Shown here one piece after another: positions 62,401 through 64,000 of a stretch of 64,000 bases of DNA (its first letter is position 1; each line of letters begins with the position of its first letter). Position numbers and translations under genes: made by a program. The stretch lies in NCBI GenBank assembly GCA_019828565.1, contig JAHDYR010000017.1:185360-249359 (forward strand). The letters run 5' to 3'. This stretch comes from Carpediemonas membranifera BICM. Lineage: Eukaryota; Protista; Fornicata. Under the pieces are notes generated by a model. It did no database searches. It was not told the DNA's origin and saw nothing but the letters and a program-made list of their open reading frames with translations.

Positions 62401-62565
62401 GTTCCTATCAAATCGACTGGCGCCCAAGAAGCTGCAGATGTTATCTATAAGTGCTGTTTTCTGGCCGAAATCCGTCATGCCTGGCACAAACGGGCAATTG
62501 CTTCGTTTGCTGCCGGAGGTCGGCGACGCTCCCACTCACACCACCAGCACATTAGAGTCTTCTAA
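59434..62565 (+). CDS. Gag-Pol polyprotein (2 CCHC knuckles, protease, RT, RNase H, integrase N-part); integrase broken at 62454
   Basis: CSYCGKHGHSEDIC, CNYCSRLGHLEVDC, LLDTGAS, MPFGL, YQDD, TDASDVGVGGVL, TDH, HHCC, CVDTMGP; the last ~36 codons derive from the inverted LTR. Confidence 0.95.
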   Translation: MNENTPLLKILTFQSLFKFLSSYDDYSLRTGKKRSPLHELISSPVYLELEAQETPFRLSDVPELVINDETLSKKDKTRNENDHIDKHVRDALTKFVRPTDPFTMSQVFDRKAPGRKPGQVAQYINQNKLISTIFPPSSVGIDYVRESFINGFEDKIFKQQLTSMTHNLTIDDLYKVTLDHARNVEEALKIATPFFRPAPPSALHETKRPPLKPDDKRTTKEGRREPPKPSNLNCSYCGKHGHSEDICFAKKKGIPKCNYCSRLGHLEVDCRKKLNQGPVNPLKYAFLNVIRESSPGEVLGCDGLLEHAIVRILLDTGASTNYIKEELATNIQIDPLIVSFANGKETMSKGFTTVPLMIKANELNRYDLSTTIEAHVLPDMPFDIIIGFPTMKSLGLLRLMAPDEPSNELTDEEQQLDRSYACSSVNTEIEAPYKEVIDKHAAAFGDLTQEPSTLSPFSLKLKQGVHSTSQRPYPVPEWKLEEIKSHVEKLKGLGVIEPSQSPWGSPVVLTAKKNTQKTRMCVNYQKINTVTEEFDYPLPRIDETIDFLAKGRYFATIDMASGYHQIPLADETSMDLTTFVTHLGRYRYRRMPFGLKQAGAHFQYAMEVAFGDLLYEKCLIYQDDVVIFGSTPDQLAQNLDLVLTRCEEKGIRLNLDKSQFGLEQFEYLGWLITKDGKQIDPDRVSAITRMTRPQTTSSTRQFLGLVNFFHDYLGADFADVSKPLYDAMNSRPFTWTDECDVAFKTIQSRMTSAPTLVHFDPRKKLTLITDASDVGVGGVLLQDGQPLLYMSKALDRVKQKWPTIEKECFGIIHCLKKAERYLRWSPFEILTDHNNLVHLHRSTNAKVGRWRLLMEQFAYSIKHVAGVDNGAAGGLSRLFTIDGDDRTTLILRHHKAAGCHLSTNRTVKSLRDHGHSWANQRQHVADLIKSCPVCQKTVPGRPIEAAELTLSSPAPWHTLCVDTMGPYPESHGFKHILVMVDLFSRYVEMVPIKSTGAQEAADVIYKCCFLAEIRHAWHKRAIASFAAGGRRRSHSHHQHIRVF

Positions 62566-62793
62566 AATCGCCCCGGATGCAATGACCGCGTCTTATTGTC
62601 TTTTTAGCTGTGAAAGACTTGCAGTCCCGGATGCCTTCTGAAAGCTGTTCAGAACCCTGTGTGCAGCTCTCACAAGGAAGGGAGTGCAGTATTTCGGTCA
62701 CGAACCTGTGGGTGGCATCTGTGGTGAGCCACAGAACCGAAAGAATGGTGATCCAACTTTACATAAACTGCACCCTGTGCCTGGAACGCCACA
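62455..62793 (-). repeat. LTR copy 2, PPT at 62794-62803
   Basis: Matches 58385-58723 with no difference seen by eye. Confidence 0.75.
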
Positions 62794-63330
62794 TCCTGCC
62801 CTCATGAGTTCCCGACATCCACCGTTGCACGGGTAGTGAGTGGATGACGGACTCATTGTCTGAGCCCTCCTCTGAGAGCTCGTCGTAAGACAGCCACTTG
62901 ATGAGAAGCTTGTCGTCCGCGGTGACACCGATGACGGACTCGACATAGAACTCCTCGGTATCTCCAGCCTGCAGGGCTGCGAGATCCTCAGGTGTCTCGT
63001 CTGTGGGTTCCACGCGTATGAGCTGGTCCGCATGGACGGTCTTCTGCTCGCTGCCCCGAGGAGGGGCGCGATGGTGACGGCGTTTAAGTCGCCGAGCCCT
63101 ACCACCTTGTATGGTCCTAGGTGGCCGTGGAGCTTTGTCGGGTGCTGGTTCTTCATGAGTACCATGTCGCCGAGCTGTAAGGGGTCGTCTGGAACAATTG
63201 CCCGCTTCTTGACGTGGTCGCTCTGCGACTCGACCGCGATAGCAGTCATCTGGCTCAAGTGTCCTTCTAGAGCCGTAATGTACTCACGGACTGAGTGGAT
63301 AGGTTCATCCACCTCGTCCGCTGCCTCTTC
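62759..63330 (-). pseudogene. Second inverted integrase C-terminus/chromodomain fragment
   Basis: Identical translation to 58689-59260, including the frameshift. Confidence 0.8.
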
Positions 63331-63503
63331 TCCCTGGACCGTGTATGGTTTAATGAAAGCAACGAACTTCCGCAGTTTAGGGTCACACTGTAGCTTATAG
63401 CTATCAGTATATATATAATACTGACCATATTCACCACAGAAGGTTTACTCATAAATTCATTCTCGCTTAGCCCGGCTTAGGCATCAGTAATTACTGGCCC
63501 TTA

Positions 63504-64000
63504 ATGAACGAGAATACGCCTCTCCTGAAAATCCTGACATTCCAGTCTCTGTTCAAATTCCTATCGTCGTATGACGATTACAGCTTGAGAACTGGCAAGA
63601 AGCGTTCCCCGCTGCACGAACTCATATCCTCTCCGGTTTACCTCGAGCTCGAGGCACAAGAGACGCCATTCAGACTCTCTGACGTCCCCGAGCTTGTCAT
63701 CAACGACGAGACGCTATCAAAAGAAAGACAAGACGAGAAATGAGAATGATCACATCGACAAGCATGTCCGAGATGCCTTGACGAAGTTCGTCCGCCCCAC
63801 TGACCCGTTCACCATGTCCCAAGTGTTCGATCGTAAGGCTCCTGGCCGAAAGCCCGGCCAGGTCGCTCAGTACATCAATCAAAACAAGCTCATCTCGACA
63901 ATCTTTCCCCCATCCTCCGTCGGTATTGACTACGTGCGTGAGTCCTTCATCAACGGCTTTGAAGACAAGATCTTCAAGCAACAGCTAACCTCAATGACTC
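63504..64000 (+). pseudogene. Start of second gag-pol copy, with an extra A at ~63721
   Basis: Same sequence as 59434 onward except TCAAAAG versus TCAAAG. Confidence 0.8.

Larger units (their letters stand above)
58385..64000. mobile_element. Rearranged Ty3/Gypsy (chromovirus-like) LTR retrotransposon array, 4070-bp period, continuing past the window edge
   Basis: 58385-~59929 is repeated almost identically at 62455-64000; contains gag-pol, LTRs, PPT and an inverted integrase C-terminus. Confidence 0.92.

Noticed and set aside
62455-62565. Unusual C-terminal tail of Gag-Pol (AEIRHAWHKRAIAS...)
   Set aside because: Fortuitous translation of the inverted LTR, not an integrase domain.

Overview
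Gene-dense eukaryotic (protist) DNA with short intergenic spacers and tiny (mostly 28-29 nt) 5'-biased spliceosomal introns. The gene set and style (SF-assemblin/beta-giardin, NME7, GARP factor, bacterial-like enzymes) suggest a flagellated metamonad such as Carpediemonas; this is inference only. About 35 host genes are recognisable or plausible, including ABCA, NME7, UAP56, a WH2 protein, kinesin-8, Arp4, asparaginase, MCM2, a Fic protein, DNAJC11, a MYST HAT, Gos1, ValRS, PI31, TMEM115, PAP2 and a PQ-loop protein. The top candidate system is a pair of related Fanzor (eukaryotic TnpB-like RNA-guided RuvC nuclease) elements on the minus strand: an intact 642-aa gene (52301-54229) and an internally deleted paralog (46775-47630). 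Neither carries a transposase. The intact gene is followed by a hairpin-rich candidate omega-RNA region. The deleted copy is bracketed by a directly repeated, covarying hairpin, and both left flanks carry clusters of AGACG repeats. The window ends in a rearranged Ty3/Gypsy chromovirus-like retrotransposon repeated with a 4070-bp period, in which an inverted LTR end is joined precisely into the integrase gene. Several single-base homopolymer frameshifts probably reflect assembly errors.
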